This document shows, in pieces, positions 8,785-18,545 of a stretch of DNA of 64,000 bases. Within the stretch, counting starts at the first letter, position 1. Every line of letters begins with the position of its first letter. The position numbers and the translations under genes were made by a program. This stretch comes from Planctomycetota bacterium. Its GTDB lineage: Bacteria > Planctomycetota > UBA1135 > UBA2386. Under the pieces are notes generated by a model, which was given only the letters and a program-made list of their open reading frames with translations, did no database searches and was not told where the DNA came from. The stretch covers positions 32,001 to 96,000 of the forward strand of contig CANMWZ010000010.1 of the NCBI GenBank assembly GCA_947501605.1. The letters are read 5' to 3'.

Positions 8785-10224
8785 TCACGGCACGAACATG
8801 CAGTTCTTGCCCAGCATTCGTACCGACGCGCCCGAACTGGTAGCGGAACTTGCGATCGCACCGAAGCCAGCTAGCGCGACCGCACGGCTCCCGGTCTGTG
8901 CCGACGACAGGTCTGCATCCGTTGGCGCGCCGGCGAGGACCAGCACTTCCACCGACCAGTCCGTGGAACGAGCGAGGTCGAGGAGGGCGGTGCGGCCGTC
9001 CTCCGCGCGCTCGTAGCTGTGCAGTTCGAAGCCGGTGCTGCGCAGCGCGCTGCGGCAACTCTCGGATGCCTCCGTGGGAACGAGGCAAATGGCATGCAGG
9101 ACTTCGTCGCCCGCGGCCAGCTCGCCGCGGAGTTTGCGGAAGGCGAGTTCGCCTCCCTGACTTCGTACTTGCGCCATGAGCACGCCGAGGTCCACGAGCA
9201 AACCGATGCGCTTTTGCGGAGCGGGCGGCGGCATCGTGGGAGCTGGACGGCCACCGCGGTGCACGGGGAGTGCCGGGCGCGGTTGTTGGCCGTAGTCCTC
9301 GTCCTCGTCGCGGAAAGGGCGGGCATCGCGACCATCTCGGCGCGGGCCGCGGTCGTGATGCGGTCCGTGGGTGCGACCGCGATCGCGGCCATGCTCGCGT
9401 GGCTGCTCGCGCCCTGGTGGCGTTTGCGCATCGCGCGGAGCTTGGCTTCTCGGTGCTGCGGACTCGCTGGCAGGAGCACTGGTCGATGGGCCGCGTGTCG
9501 GCCGGATCGCGTCGAGAGTGTCTGTTGGATCTGCTGGAGCTGCGCTCGTGTCGTGCGCGCTGTGGGGTGCGCGTTCGTCCTCTTGGCGGCTCGCGCCGCG
9601 GCGGCCGCGCCGGCCGTGGCGGTTTGCACCGCGGTCCTCGCTGCGGGTGGGCTCGGAATCGAGCGGGTGATCGTCCCTGCTGGCCTCGTCGTCGCGGCTT
9701 GTGGTGCGGTCGTCGGTGGCTGGCGTTGGCGTTGGATCCGAGTTCCAGCTCGGTGTCTTCGGCCAAGTCGGTGCCGCGGGCCTGCTGGTCGCCGTCGAGT
9801 CGGTCGGTCCAGCTTTTGGTTCTGGTGTCGGCTCGCGCTCCGGGGCTCGCGTCGCGGCCTCGTTGCGCCGCGTGCGCCGCGGGGCTTGCTGGGGCTTCTG
9901 GTCCGTGGACTCAGGTTCGGTCGGGGCCAACGGCGTGACTGGTGGTTCGGCCGCGGCCGCGTTGGCTTTCGCCGAAGCTGTCTTCGACGGGAACACGACA
10001 TCCTCGGCATCGGCGTGGATGCGACGGGGTCGGCGGGTGGGAGCTCGGGTCGCCGGTCCAGGTGCGGCGGCGCTCGCCGGGGGCGCAGAGGGCTCAGGCG
10101 GTGAGGCCGGTTTGACCTCGGTCAAGGGTGTGGCTGCGGTCGCGTCGGCGGGTTTGCGCGTGCGGCGGCGCGGCGGCTTGCGCGGCGGCTCGTCGTCGAA
10201 GATGTCGGCCCCGAATTGGCTCAT
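8785..10224 (-). CDS. Protein with a long disordered P/R/D-rich N-terminus and a degenerate C-terminal NYN (LabA/DUF88, PIN-like) domain
   Basis: ATG at 10224 (MSQFGADIFDD), about 330 aa of low complexity, then IGLLVDLG...LAFRKL...VLHAICLV...LRSTGFEL...VEVLVLAG...AVALAGF, which follows the NYN strand/helix pattern. Confidence 0.6.
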   Translation of the reverse strand: MSQFGADIFDDEPPRKPPRRRTRKPADATAATPLTEVKPASPPEPSAPPASAAAPGPATRAPTRRPRRIHADAEDVVFPSKTASAKANAAAAEPPVTPLAPTEPESTDQKPQQAPRRTRRNEAATRAPEREPTPEPKAGPTDSTATSRPAAPTWPKTPSWNSDPTPTPATDDRTTSRDDEASRDDHPLDSEPTRSEDRGANRHGRRGRRGASRQEDERAPHSAHDTSAAPADPTDTLDAIRPTRGPSTSAPASESAAPRSQAPRDAQTPPGREQPREHGRDRGRTHGPHHDRGPRRDGRDARPFRDEDEDYGQQPRPALPVHRGGRPAPTMPPPAPQKRIGLLVDLGVLMAQVRSQGGELAFRKLRGELAAGDEVLHAICLVPTEASESCRSALRSTGFELHSYERAEDGRTALLDLARSTDWSVEVLVLAGAPTDADLSSAQTGSRAVALAGFGAIASSATSSGASVRMLGKNCMFVP

Positions 10225-10390
10225 GAACAACGGATCCTAGCTGCCGGTCTGCATCGGGTCCGTAGCGAAGTCATGCAAAAGACAGCTAGGCTACGTCGCA
10301 GTTTTCTGACTGCAGGCTTGTCGCCGATGGGTCGGGCGGGTTGCATCTCGCCTCCCTCCGCAGCCCTCCGACCCCATTCGAGGATCCCCC

Positions 10391-10828
10391 TTGAACGCTC
10401 GCAAAGCTCTCCTCGCAGTCACCTTGACGCTGACCGCCACGCTGACTTCCTGCGGTTCCCTGCGTCGCGCCGGCAAGGATGCCTTCGTCGGCATCACTTC
10501 GCCCTTCCTGATCGTTTACGGCGGCGCCACTGACGGCTTCGACTCGGCGCGCTCGGTTCGTACCGGCCTCGATAGCGGCTCGGCGATGGAAGTGCTCGCC
10601 TTCCCGTTCACGTTCTTCTACCACGCGATCGAGCACTCGATTTACTGCGGTATCCACGTGCTGGATCTGCCGTTCACGCCGCTCTACGCGCTGACAGAAC
10701 TGCCGCCGGCAAGCACTCCGGTCCAGCCGCTCGACTTCTACCAAGGCACTTGGTTCGACGTCGAACCGTCGGGAAGCGGGACGGATGCCACGAGCGGCGA
10801 GTCGCTGCCTCCTGGCTATAATCGATAG
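10391..10828 (+). CDS. Small lipoprotein of unknown function
   Basis: Basic N-terminus, hydrophobic stretch and lipobox LTS-C. Codon usage is typical of a real gene. Confidence 0.7.
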   Translation: MNARKALLAVTLTLTATLTSCGSLRRAGKDAFVGITSPFLIVYGGATDGFDSARSVRTGLDSGSAMEVLAFPFTFFYHAIEHSIYCGIHVLDLPFTPLYALTELPPASTPVQPLDFYQGTWFDVEPSGSGTDATSGESLPPGYNR

Positions 10829-11033
10829 TCAGACGGCGATACTCAGACGGCGATGACGGAGTTGGCGCGGATCGGAATCGGCGCTGCTCCTCACCGCGCC
10901 AACCGCGGACCGCGCTGACGCGCGCTTGGTTCTCGAACTGGCCCGCGGCGGCGACGGCGGCAGACCTTCGGGTTGGGCGCCGTGCTGTTGGATTGGCGCC
11001 GCGACAGGTTGCCGCGACAGGTTGCCGCGACAG
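10829..11033. repeat. Two short direct-repeat tracts in a convergent intergenic region
   Basis: TCAGACGGCGAT at 10829 and 10843. GCCGCGACAGGTT at 10998, 11011 and (partial) 11024. Confidence 0.7.
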
Positions 11034-11120
11034 CAGTCATGTCGCGTAGCAGTCCTGGTCGGTGCGGCGCGGCACTCGTCTCTGACCGTGCGCACCGCGG
11101 TTCGGTCGCGAGATCGAGAC

Positions 11121-11984
11121 TCAGCGGCGCTGCGCTGTAGTGGAGCGCAGTCGCTCGGCATAGATCGGCATGCGGTCGAGTAGCGCGAAGGCTCGCTCAG
11201 GAGTTGTCACGGCCGCGGTTTCGAGCGCCTGCTGCAACTGCCGCAACGTCTCTCGTTCGCCGCTGCTCAATTGGCGCTCGCGCTGCCAGCCCGCGAGATT
11301 TTCGCGCACTCGTTGCCATGCCGCCTTAGGGTCGCCAACCCAGGGTTGCGGCCGCCAGTTGGGGAAAGCGCGGCTGCGCAACGCGGCGGCGTCCTCGCTG
11401 CGGTCGGAGAGCTCGGCGCGGACGATCTCGTTGGCGCGGATGCGCTCGAGCACGCGCGACGCTTCGCTGGTCATTTGCGTCGCTCGGCCGCGAGCGCCTC
11501 GAAACAGCTCGGCCATCGCCGGGTCGGTCTGCTCGGCGGCAGCTTGCGCGGTCGCTTGGACCAGCGGTCGCAGTTGGGGGACTTCGGAACTGGCGAGAAA
11601 CAGCTTCGCTGCTTGGAACTCACCTTGTCCGGCCGTGAGTTCTCGCTGCAGGGCCACTGCCAACGCCTCCTTGTCCTCGACCGCGGTCACCTGTTGGCCC
11701 AGAAGATCTTGCAGCGACTTGCCCTCGACCTCTGGACCGGCCTCCTCGATGCCGAGTCGGTGCAGTTCGGCGAGGCGCGCAGTCGCAACCAGGCGTTCGG
11801 TGACGAGGTTCTGACCGTCGCGCGCGATCTCGCGGTAGATCTTGGCCGCCCCGTGCACATCGAGGTCGAGGATCTCACGCAGCCACGCTGCGTGTAGTTG
11901 AGGGCCGGGCGTCTGGGCCACGCCGACTGCCGCGATCGACGACGCGGCGGCAATGACGAGGATCCAGTTCGAGCGGCAGCTCAC
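11121..11984 (-). CDS. Secreted alpha-helical hypothetical protein, coupled to the two-component operon
   Basis: The GTG start at 11984 overlaps the response regulator stop (GTGA). Signal peptide WILVIAAASSIAAVGVA-Q. Confidence 0.7.
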   Translation of the reverse strand: MSCRSNWILVIAAASSIAAVGVAQTPGPQLHAAWLREILDLDVHGAAKIYREIARDGQNLVTERLVATARLAELHRLGIEEAGPEVEGKSLQDLLGQQVTAVEDKEALAVALQRELTAGQGEFQAAKLFLASSEVPQLRPLVQATAQAAAEQTDPAMAELFRGARGRATQMTSEASRVLERIRANEIVRAELSDRSEDAAALRSRAFPNWRPQPWVGDPKAAWQRVRENLAGWQRERQLSSGERETLRQLQQALETAAVTTPERAFALLDRMPIYAERLRSTTAQRR

Positions 11985-12709
11985 GGCTTCCCTTCTGCCA
12001 GCGGCTTCGATTCGAAGCAGTAGCCGAGACCGTGCACCGTGACGACATGCACGGGTGCGTCCACGTCGCGCTCCACCTTCTTGCGCAAGCGAGCGATGTG
12101 GTTGTCGACGGTGCGGGTGGTTGGCAGATGCACGTAGCCCCAAACTTTGCGGAGGAGGTCCTGACGGCTCACGACCTCGCCGCGGCGGTCCACGAGCATC
12201 CGCAGGATCTCGGCCTCGTAGCGCGAGAGTTGGATCTCCTGACCGTCGCGGGTGACGGTGAACCGCTTGAAGTCGATGACGAGATCCTGGAACTGCAGCA
12301 CCGGCGCCGCCTCCTCCACCTGGATCGTCGGTCGGCGGACCTGCGTACGACGAAGAACGGCGCGGATTCTCGCGGTCAGCTCGGACAACGTGAAGGGCTT
12401 CGTCAAGTAGTCGTCGGCGCCGAGTTCGAGCCCCTGCACTTTGTCGCGGTCCTGGCCCTTTGCCGACAGAATGATCACTGGTGTCCCATGGCCCGCGGCG
12501 CGGAGTTGGCGCAAGACCTCGATGCCAGGCAGGACAGGCAACATCAGATCGAGAAGGATCAGCGCGGGGTTCTCTTGCAGCGCCTTGCGCAGGCCTTGCT
12601 TGCCGTCCGCAGCCGTGTCGATCGAGTAGCCCTCGAGTTCGAGATTGTGCTGTAGTCCGGCGCGGAGATCCGGTTCGTCTTCGATCAAGAGAATGCGTGT
12701 GTCGTTCAT
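11981..12709 (-). CDS. OmpR/PhoB-family DNA-binding response regulator
   Basis: ILLIEDE, LLDLMLP, GADDYLTKPF and the winged-helix motifs RTVDNHIARLRKK and VHGLGY. Confidence 0.95.
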   Translation of the reverse strand: MNDTRILLIEDEPDLRAGLQHNLELEGYSIDTAADGKQGLRKALQENPALILLDLMLPVLPGIEVLRQLRAAGHGTPVIILSAKGQDRDKVQGLELGADDYLTKPFTLSELTARIRAVLRRTQVRRPTIQVEEAAPVLQFQDLVIDFKRFTVTRDGQEIQLSRYEAEILRMLVDRRGEVVSRQDLLRKVWGYVHLPTTRTVDNHIARLRKKVERDVDAPVHVVTVHGLGYCFESKPLAEGKP

Positions 12710-14838
12710 GTCGAAGGAGACAGAAGGGGGAGTGTCAGTCGAAAGATGCAGCCGTGCCCGTCGCGCGGGAGCACGACGGCGGTACCGCCATGCGCGGTCG
12801 CAAAGTGCCGGACGAGGCTGAGGCCGAGGCCGGCGCCACGGACTTCGCCGGCGTTGCTGGCTCGATAGAAGCTGTCGAACACGGCCTCTCGCTCGTTCGA
12901 CGGAATGCCGCGACCGCGGTCCTGGACGTCGATCTCGGCGTTGTTGTCGCGGCGGCGCAGCTCGATGCGGATCTCGGCGCCGGGTTCGTCCTCGCGCGCG
13001 TACTTGACCGCGTTCTCGAGGAGGTTCAACACGACGCTTCCCAGCGCCGCTCGATCCACCGAGGCGAGGATGCCGGCCGGCAGGTCGGTGGTCAACGACG
13101 CCCCTTTGCTCTGAAGGTGCGGTTGGTAGGTGTCGGTGACCTCGTGGATCACATCCGAGAGATCGGACTCGCGGCGCTCGTACACCATAGTTCCGGCCTC
13201 CTGGCGCGAGAAGTCCAGGATGCGCTGGATCATCGTCGTGAGGCGTCCGGCCTCGCGTACGATCACGGTGCCGAAGTGTGCCGCTTGATCGCTATCGCGC
13301 GCGCGTTTCAGCGCCAGCGTCTCGCCGTACAGGCTGATCAGCGACAGCGGGGTCTTGAGTTCGTGGCTCACCCGAGAGACGAGGTCCACTTTGAGCGATA
13401 GCAGTTCGGATTCGCGCGAGACCGAACGCCACAACCAGATGGCGCCGATCAGCGCGAGCAAGAACGAACCTCCGAGCAGCAGTGCTGCGCTCCGCTTCGC
13501 TTCGCCGATGTTCTGCAGATAGCGATCGACATCGGCCGGAAACGCTCGTAGCACCATGCCGTGCGTCGCGAGCGCCGGCGGCACATAGTCGTTTGGGGCG
13601 TGAGGGGCGCCGATCACCGGCTGGTCGTCGCTGTCGGCGATGGCCAACACGAACGAACCATCTCCGTGCACGAAGGGTTCGATCGCGCTGGCGAGCATCT
13701 GTCCAAGGTCGAGGCGCAGTCCGATCCACGCGGCTCGCTCCTGCTGGCTCTCGGTGGCGCGCCGCAGTAGCAGCAGGGAACTCGGATTGCCGGCCGTGAT
13801 GACCGGTCGCAAGCTCAGGGTGTCGTTGCTGGCCGCAAGGTCGGGCGAGAGGCGAAGTCGACGGCGAACGGTTTCGCGCAGCAGTCGGTCGTAGTCCGTC
13901 GCGAAGGCGCGCGCGTGCAGGTGGATACCGGCCTCAGTCCAGAGATCGGTTGCTGCCGTCCGATGCGTCTCCGGAGCACCGGCAAGCAGCCGGTCGGCAA
14001 CTGCGTTCAACAGCGCGTCGCCGAGATGATCGCGGTCGCCACGCGCAATCGCGGCCAGCAACTCGAGTCCTGTCTCGGGGACCCGGGCCAGTTCGGCCAG
14101 CGCCACTTCGGCGAGCAGTCCAAGCGTCAGCCAGTCGCTATCGAACACCGGGTCGAACGACCGGCTGTTGCGAGGGTTGGCGCTCAGGGCCGTGGCCTGA
14201 TCGGCGACCAACCGAAACGACGCCTCGGCCTCTGCGGCCTTGCCAAGTCGCCGCTGCACCGTGGCAAGCCGGAATTGCAGCGGCAGCTGCAGCACGGTTT
14301 GCTCGCCGCGTCGCCGCCCCATGCGCTCGCGTTCTGGCTCGGCATCGGCGAGTGCCGCGATGAGGTGTCGTTCGGCGTCCTCGAACTTTCCGTGGGTCAG
14401 CAGCAGATCCACGAGGTGGAGCGTGTCGGCGCTGGCGTCACCGGCCCCGCGCGTGCGCGCATCACGGTGGAACGGCAGCGCCAACCTGGAACTGCCGGAC
14501 TCGGGGTAGCGAAGGCGACAGTCGGGACCGATCAGCACGAGGTCGAGCACGGCACCGAAACCGCGCGCGCGCAGTTCGCGAACCGTGGCGGCTGGGGTGC
14601 GCTCGGCGAGCAGCGTCTCGCATTCCTGCTCCACCGCAGGAACGACGGCTTCAAATCGCTGCTCGAGGGCCTGCGCTGCGGTTCGGAGAAACTGCAGGCC
14701 TTCGCGATCCGCGGCGCTGCGGACCTGATCGGCCTGGCGGCCGAGCTCCCGCTGGCCAAGCCAGGCCAATGCCCCCAATGGCACAAGAAATGTGCACATC
14801 GCTAGGAGATGGCGACGGACAGAACGCGGGCGGGACAT
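12706..14838 (-). CDS. Membrane sensor histidine kinase
   Basis: Two TM helices flank a large extracytoplasmic domain. H-box SHELKTPL, N-box NLLENAVKY, G boxes DRGRG and GAGLGL. Confidence 0.93.
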   Translation of the reverse strand: MSRPRSVRRHLLAMCTFLVPLGALAWLGQRELGRQADQVRSAADREGLQFLRTAAQALEQRFEAVVPAVEQECETLLAERTPAATVRELRARGFGAVLDLVLIGPDCRLRYPESGSSRLALPFHRDARTRGAGDASADTLHLVDLLLTHGKFEDAERHLIAALADAEPERERMGRRRGEQTVLQLPLQFRLATVQRRLGKAAEAEASFRLVADQATALSANPRNSRSFDPVFDSDWLTLGLLAEVALAELARVPETGLELLAAIARGDRDHLGDALLNAVADRLLAGAPETHRTAATDLWTEAGIHLHARAFATDYDRLLRETVRRRLRLSPDLAASNDTLSLRPVITAGNPSSLLLLRRATESQQERAAWIGLRLDLGQMLASAIEPFVHGDGSFVLAIADSDDQPVIGAPHAPNDYVPPALATHGMVLRAFPADVDRYLQNIGEAKRSAALLLGGSFLLALIGAIWLWRSVSRESELLSLKVDLVSRVSHELKTPLSLISLYGETLALKRARDSDQAAHFGTVIVREAGRLTTMIQRILDFSRQEAGTMVYERRESDLSDVIHEVTDTYQPHLQSKGASLTTDLPAGILASVDRAALGSVVLNLLENAVKYAREDEPGAEIRIELRRRDNNAEIDVQDRGRGIPSNEREAVFDSFYRASNAGEVRGAGLGLSLVRHFATAHGGTAVVLPRDGHGCIFRLTLPLLSPST

Positions 14839-14983
14839 CAGGGAGACGAGGGCGACGGTCGGTTCGAGTGCGGCAGATTATCCAAGGTACGCAGGTCGTG
14901 CCGACCAGCCCATGCACGATTGGAGGTTGTGACCATAATGTGGCGACGGATTTCCTCGGCCCATCGTGGTAAGCACTATCGCG

Positions 14984-15775
14984 ATGACGGTGCCTGCGGC
15001 ACGAAACGATCCGAAGCTGTCGCGCTTTCCGCTGCGTCGCCTGCGGCTGTCGATGGCAGACGGAACGGTATCTGTGGTGTTGCCGCGCGGCGCCACGTGG
15101 ATGCGGCGCGAAGCCATGGCGGCACCGCTGGACGAGCCACCGTACTGGGCGGACGTCTGGCCGGCCGCGGTCGCAATCGCGCGCTGGCTGTCGCGGCGGC
15201 GCAATCTCCTCGGGCTGCGTGTGCTCGACCTTGGCTGCGGCCTCGGAGTCCCTGGGATTGCCGCGGCGCGCTGTGGCGCCGAAGTGACGTTTGCGGATCG
15301 TCAACCCGACGCCCTGGCCTTCGCCGAGTGGAACGCCAAGCATCAGTCGCCGCCGCGCCAGAAGCTCCTCATGGAACCGCGTGGCGTCAACGCGCCCATG
15401 GTGCGCTGCGTCGTGCACGATTGGCACGCTGCTACCCTGCCGGGCACCTTCGATCTGATCTGCCTCGCGGATGTCAGCTATCGTCCTGTGCATCACGCGC
15501 CCTTGTTGCGGCACCTGCGACAGTGTCTGGCCGACGGCGGCATGTGTGTGCACGCCGATCCGGAGCGTCGTGAGTCGGATGGCTTCTTGGTGCAGTTGCG
15601 CCGCGAATTCGCTACTCGCGAAGAACTCGTCGAGACGCATTTCGAGGAGACGCGCCGGCAGGTGCGGATGACGTTCGTCGCGCGTAACCCCAAAGTACTC
15701 GAGCAGTGGCACGAAGTGCGTCGACCGCACGCCACCGCCCCGACCGCGACCGACGAGGCCACGAGATCCCAATGA
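14984..15775 (+). CDS. SAM-dependent methyltransferase (Methyltransf_16 / METTL21-like)
   Basis: PPYWADVWPAA, VLDLGCGLG (motif I) and FDLICLADVSY. The start could be 14966 or 14984. Confidence 0.85.
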   Translation: MTVPAARNDPKLSRFPLRRLRLSMADGTVSVVLPRGATWMRREAMAAPLDEPPYWADVWPAAVAIARWLSRRRNLLGLRVLDLGCGLGVPGIAAARCGAEVTFADRQPDALAFAEWNAKHQSPPRQKLLMEPRGVNAPMVRCVVHDWHAATLPGTFDLICLADVSYRPVHHAPLLRHLRQCLADGGMCVHADPERRESDGFLVQLRREFATREELVETHFEETRRQVRMTFVARNPKVLEQWHEVRRPHATAPTATDEATRSQ

Positions 15776-16707
15776 CAGTCCAACTCGACCAAGTCGTGAT
15801 CCGCTACGGCACGTTCACGGCGGTGGCAGGCATCACGGTTACGTTGCCTCAGGGCGCCGTCGGCTTGCTGGGCCGCAATGGTGCTGGCAAGAGCTCGGTG
15901 CTGAAGGCGCTGCTCGGATTGGTGAAGCCGACCTCTGGCCGCATGCGGATCCTCGATCTTCCCGAGCATGCGAGTCCGTCCGAAGTGCGTTCGCGGGTCG
16001 GCTACATGCCCGAGCGCGACTGCCATCTGCCCGGCATGACCGGGTTCGAGATGGTCAGCGTGCTGGGGCGTCTGAGCGGCCTGCCAGAACGGGATGCATA
16101 CCGCCGCGCCCACGAGGTCCTCTACTTGTGCGGGCTCGAGGAACAGCGCTACCGCCCGGTGTCCGGCTATAGCGCCGGCATGCGGCAGAAGGTCAAGCTG
16201 GCGTCAGCACTGGTGCACGACCCCCAGGTTCTGTTCCTCGACGAGCCGACAAATGGGCTCGACCCGGATGGCCGCACGGAGATGTTGGCCATGGTCAAGC
16301 AGCTCGCCGGCAAACTCGGCAAGTCGGTGGTGTTGTCCACGCACATCCTCCAAGACGTCGAGATGGTCTGCGACTCGGCCGTGGTGATGGAGAAGGGGGC
16401 CGTCGTGGCAGAGGGGCGCATCGTCGATCTGTGCAAGACCAGTGAGCGTCGGTTCCATCTTCAGGTCGAACCGGCCGGACTGACGTTGCCCGAACGAATG
16501 GCAGACGGCATCCGGATCGCTCCCTTGGGTGCCGGTCGATTCGATATCGAGGTCGACGGCGACTTGTTGCCGCACGAGATCTTCGCGCTCGTCCAGGCGA
16601 ACGGTGGCACCGTCCGCGAACTCTTGCCGCATCGCCGCTCGCTCGAAGAGGTGTTTCTCGGAGCAGTGCAGGATCACGCCCAGAAGGCGGGGGAGGCTCA
16701 CTGGTGA
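15772..16707 (+). CDS. ABC transporter ATP-binding protein
   Basis: Walker A GRNGAGKS, signature YSAGMRQK, Walker B LFLDEP. The ATG at 15772 overlaps the upstream stop. Confidence 0.93.
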   Translation: MTVQLDQVVIRYGTFTAVAGITVTLPQGAVGLLGRNGAGKSSVLKALLGLVKPTSGRMRILDLPEHASPSEVRSRVGYMPERDCHLPGMTGFEMVSVLGRLSGLPERDAYRRAHEVLYLCGLEEQRYRPVSGYSAGMRQKVKLASALVHDPQVLFLDEPTNGLDPDGRTEMLAMVKQLAGKLGKSVVLSTHILQDVEMVCDSAVVMEKGAVVAEGRIVDLCKTSERRFHLQVEPAGLTLPERMADGIRIAPLGAGRFDIEVDGDLLPHEIFALVQANGGTVRELLPHRRSLEEVFLGAVQDHAQKAGEAHW

Positions 16708-17597
16708 CGGTCTATGGTCTTGAGTACCGGCCGAAGGCGTACACGCCGACCGGCCCATTCCAGCGATTGCGGCCACTCGTGCACAGCGAACTCCACGTGC
16801 TGTTTCGCAGCAAGTGGGGCATCGGCCTGTATGGGCTCTGCGTGTTCCCCGTGCTGGTGCGGCTCGTCATGCTGCTCGGCTACCTGGGACTCCTGCCGCT
16901 CGGCAATCAGCTGCGCGAAACGGCGCAGGCGCTGCCGCCTGAATTGCGCTTGTTCGTGCCAGTCAACATCGAGTTCTACGTCGAGCAGGTGGTCCGCATG
17001 GATCAGGGGTTCTTCATCATGCTCGTGCTCACGGCGATGGCGACGGCGCGTGCTGTGGCCAAGGATCGTGCGACGAACGCGCTCGAGCTCTACTGGACCC
17101 GAGGCATCCGCCCCTCCGGCTATTTCTTCGGCAAGTGGTTGGGAGCGTTCTTGCTGGTCGCTTCGATCACCGTTGGCGCGCCGATGCTGCTCTGGGTCAT
17201 CGGAGTGATGTTTGCGGCGGACTGGGCATTCCTCAGCGACACGATTGGCTTCATGCCGCGGGCGTTGGCTGCGCTGGCCGTGTTCACGTTTCTTCTGACG
17301 GGCCTGTGCCTCTTGGTGTCGGCGATTGCGGCCTCGGCCAACGTCGCGACGATCCTGTGGTGCCTGCTCCTTGGCGGCTCCTCAGCAGTGGCGCAGGTGA
17401 TTTCGGAGTTGCAGGGTGGCAACGCCGGCACCTCGATCAGCGTGTGGGACGCCGCCGCAACTCTGGCGCGGGACGTAGCCGGCATCCCGGAGCGCGGAAC
17501 CAGTACCGCGGGCGCTTTGATGCTGATGACCGGGTTCGGGGTCGTGTTGGGGTGGTTCGCGCGGCGCCGCTTGCGGCTCTCGGAGGCGATCGGATGA
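16704..17597 (+). CDS. ABC-2-type permease
   Basis: About 6 hydrophobic helices and an ABC-2 cytoplasmic loop (AKDRATNALELYWTRGI...YFFGKW). Translationally coupled. Confidence 0.85.
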   Translation: MTVYGLEYRPKAYTPTGPFQRLRPLVHSELHVLFRSKWGIGLYGLCVFPVLVRLVMLLGYLGLLPLGNQLRETAQALPPELRLFVPVNIEFYVEQVVRMDQGFFIMLVLTAMATARAVAKDRATNALELYWTRGIRPSGYFFGKWLGAFLLVASITVGAPMLLWVIGVMFAADWAFLSDTIGFMPRALAALAVFTFLLTGLCLLVSAIAASANVATILWCLLLGGSSAVAQVISELQGGNAGTSISVWDAAATLARDVAGIPERGTSTAGALMLMTGFGVVLGWFARRRLRLSEAIG

Positions 17598-18541
17598 GTG
17601 TTGCAACCGAGATTTCGACAGGAGCCGCGTCGCCACGCCTGCAGTACTCCTCTGCCAGCAAGTGGTACGGCCAGGTGTCCGCCCTGATGGACGTCACACT
17701 CGCTGTCGGCAATGAGGTGGTGGGGCTCGTCGGCCGCAACGGCGCCGGCAAGTCGACTCTGATGAAGCTCGCCGCGGGACTACTGCGGCCGAGTCTGGGT
17801 GAAGTGCGGATCGCCGGCGCAATCGCTGGAACGGTCGCCGCCAATGCCGTGCTCGGGTTCAGCCCCGACCTCGATCGACTGTACGAACGCTGTAGCGGCC
17901 GGCAGTTCGTCGCCTGGATGCTGCGTCTCCATGGGCAGTCGGGGGCGACGGCGAATGCGCGGGCAGGCGAAGTCCTTGACGAGTTGGGGCTCGGACCGCA
18001 CATGCACCGTCCGATTCGGGAGTACAGCAAGGGCATGCGCCAGCGTGTCCGGCTGGCGCAGGCCTTGGCCCATCGGCCGCGAGTGCTACTGCTGGACGAA
18101 CCGATGACCGGGCTCGACCCGATTGCTCGCCATGAACTCGCAGAGCAGATCAAGCGACTTGGACGCGAGGGTTTGGGCGTGCTGGTCAGCAGTCATGTGC
18201 TGCACGAGTTGGAGGCAATCGTCGATCGCGTTGCGTTGATCCACCAAGGGCGCTTGGTCGCCGAGGGGCGGATTGGCGAACTGCGGGGCCAGTTGCGCGA
18301 ACAGCCGCACAGGATCCGTCTGCACAGTCCGTCGCCTCGAGATCTCGCCGGTCTTTTGGCAGCGTTGCCACAGGTGATCGGAATCGAATGGCGCCCCGAT
18401 TCTCTCGATGTTGCCCTGAGCGGCGAACCGGGCTTCTACGCCGCGTTGACGTCTATCGGTGCCGGAGTGCGCGGGCTCGTGCTCGACGTGCGGCCACTCG
18501 ACGACTCGTTGGCTTCGGTGTTCGGCTACCTGGTGGGTTGA
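17594..18541 (+). CDS. ABC transporter ATP-binding protein
   Basis: Start MSVATE at 17594. GRNGAGKST, YSKGMRQR and LLLDEP. Confidence 0.93.
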   Translation: MSVATEISTGAASPRLQYSSASKWYGQVSALMDVTLAVGNEVVGLVGRNGAGKSTLMKLAAGLLRPSLGEVRIAGAIAGTVAANAVLGFSPDLDRLYERCSGRQFVAWMLRLHGQSGATANARAGEVLDELGLGPHMHRPIREYSKGMRQRVRLAQALAHRPRVLLLDEPMTGLDPIARHELAEQIKRLGREGLGVLVSSHVLHELEAIVDRVALIHQGRLVAEGRIGELRGQLREQPHRIRLHSPSPRDLAGLLAALPQVIGIEWRPDSLDVALSGEPGFYAALTSIGAGVRGLVLDVRPLDDSLASVFGYLVG

Positions 18542-18545
18542 TTCG

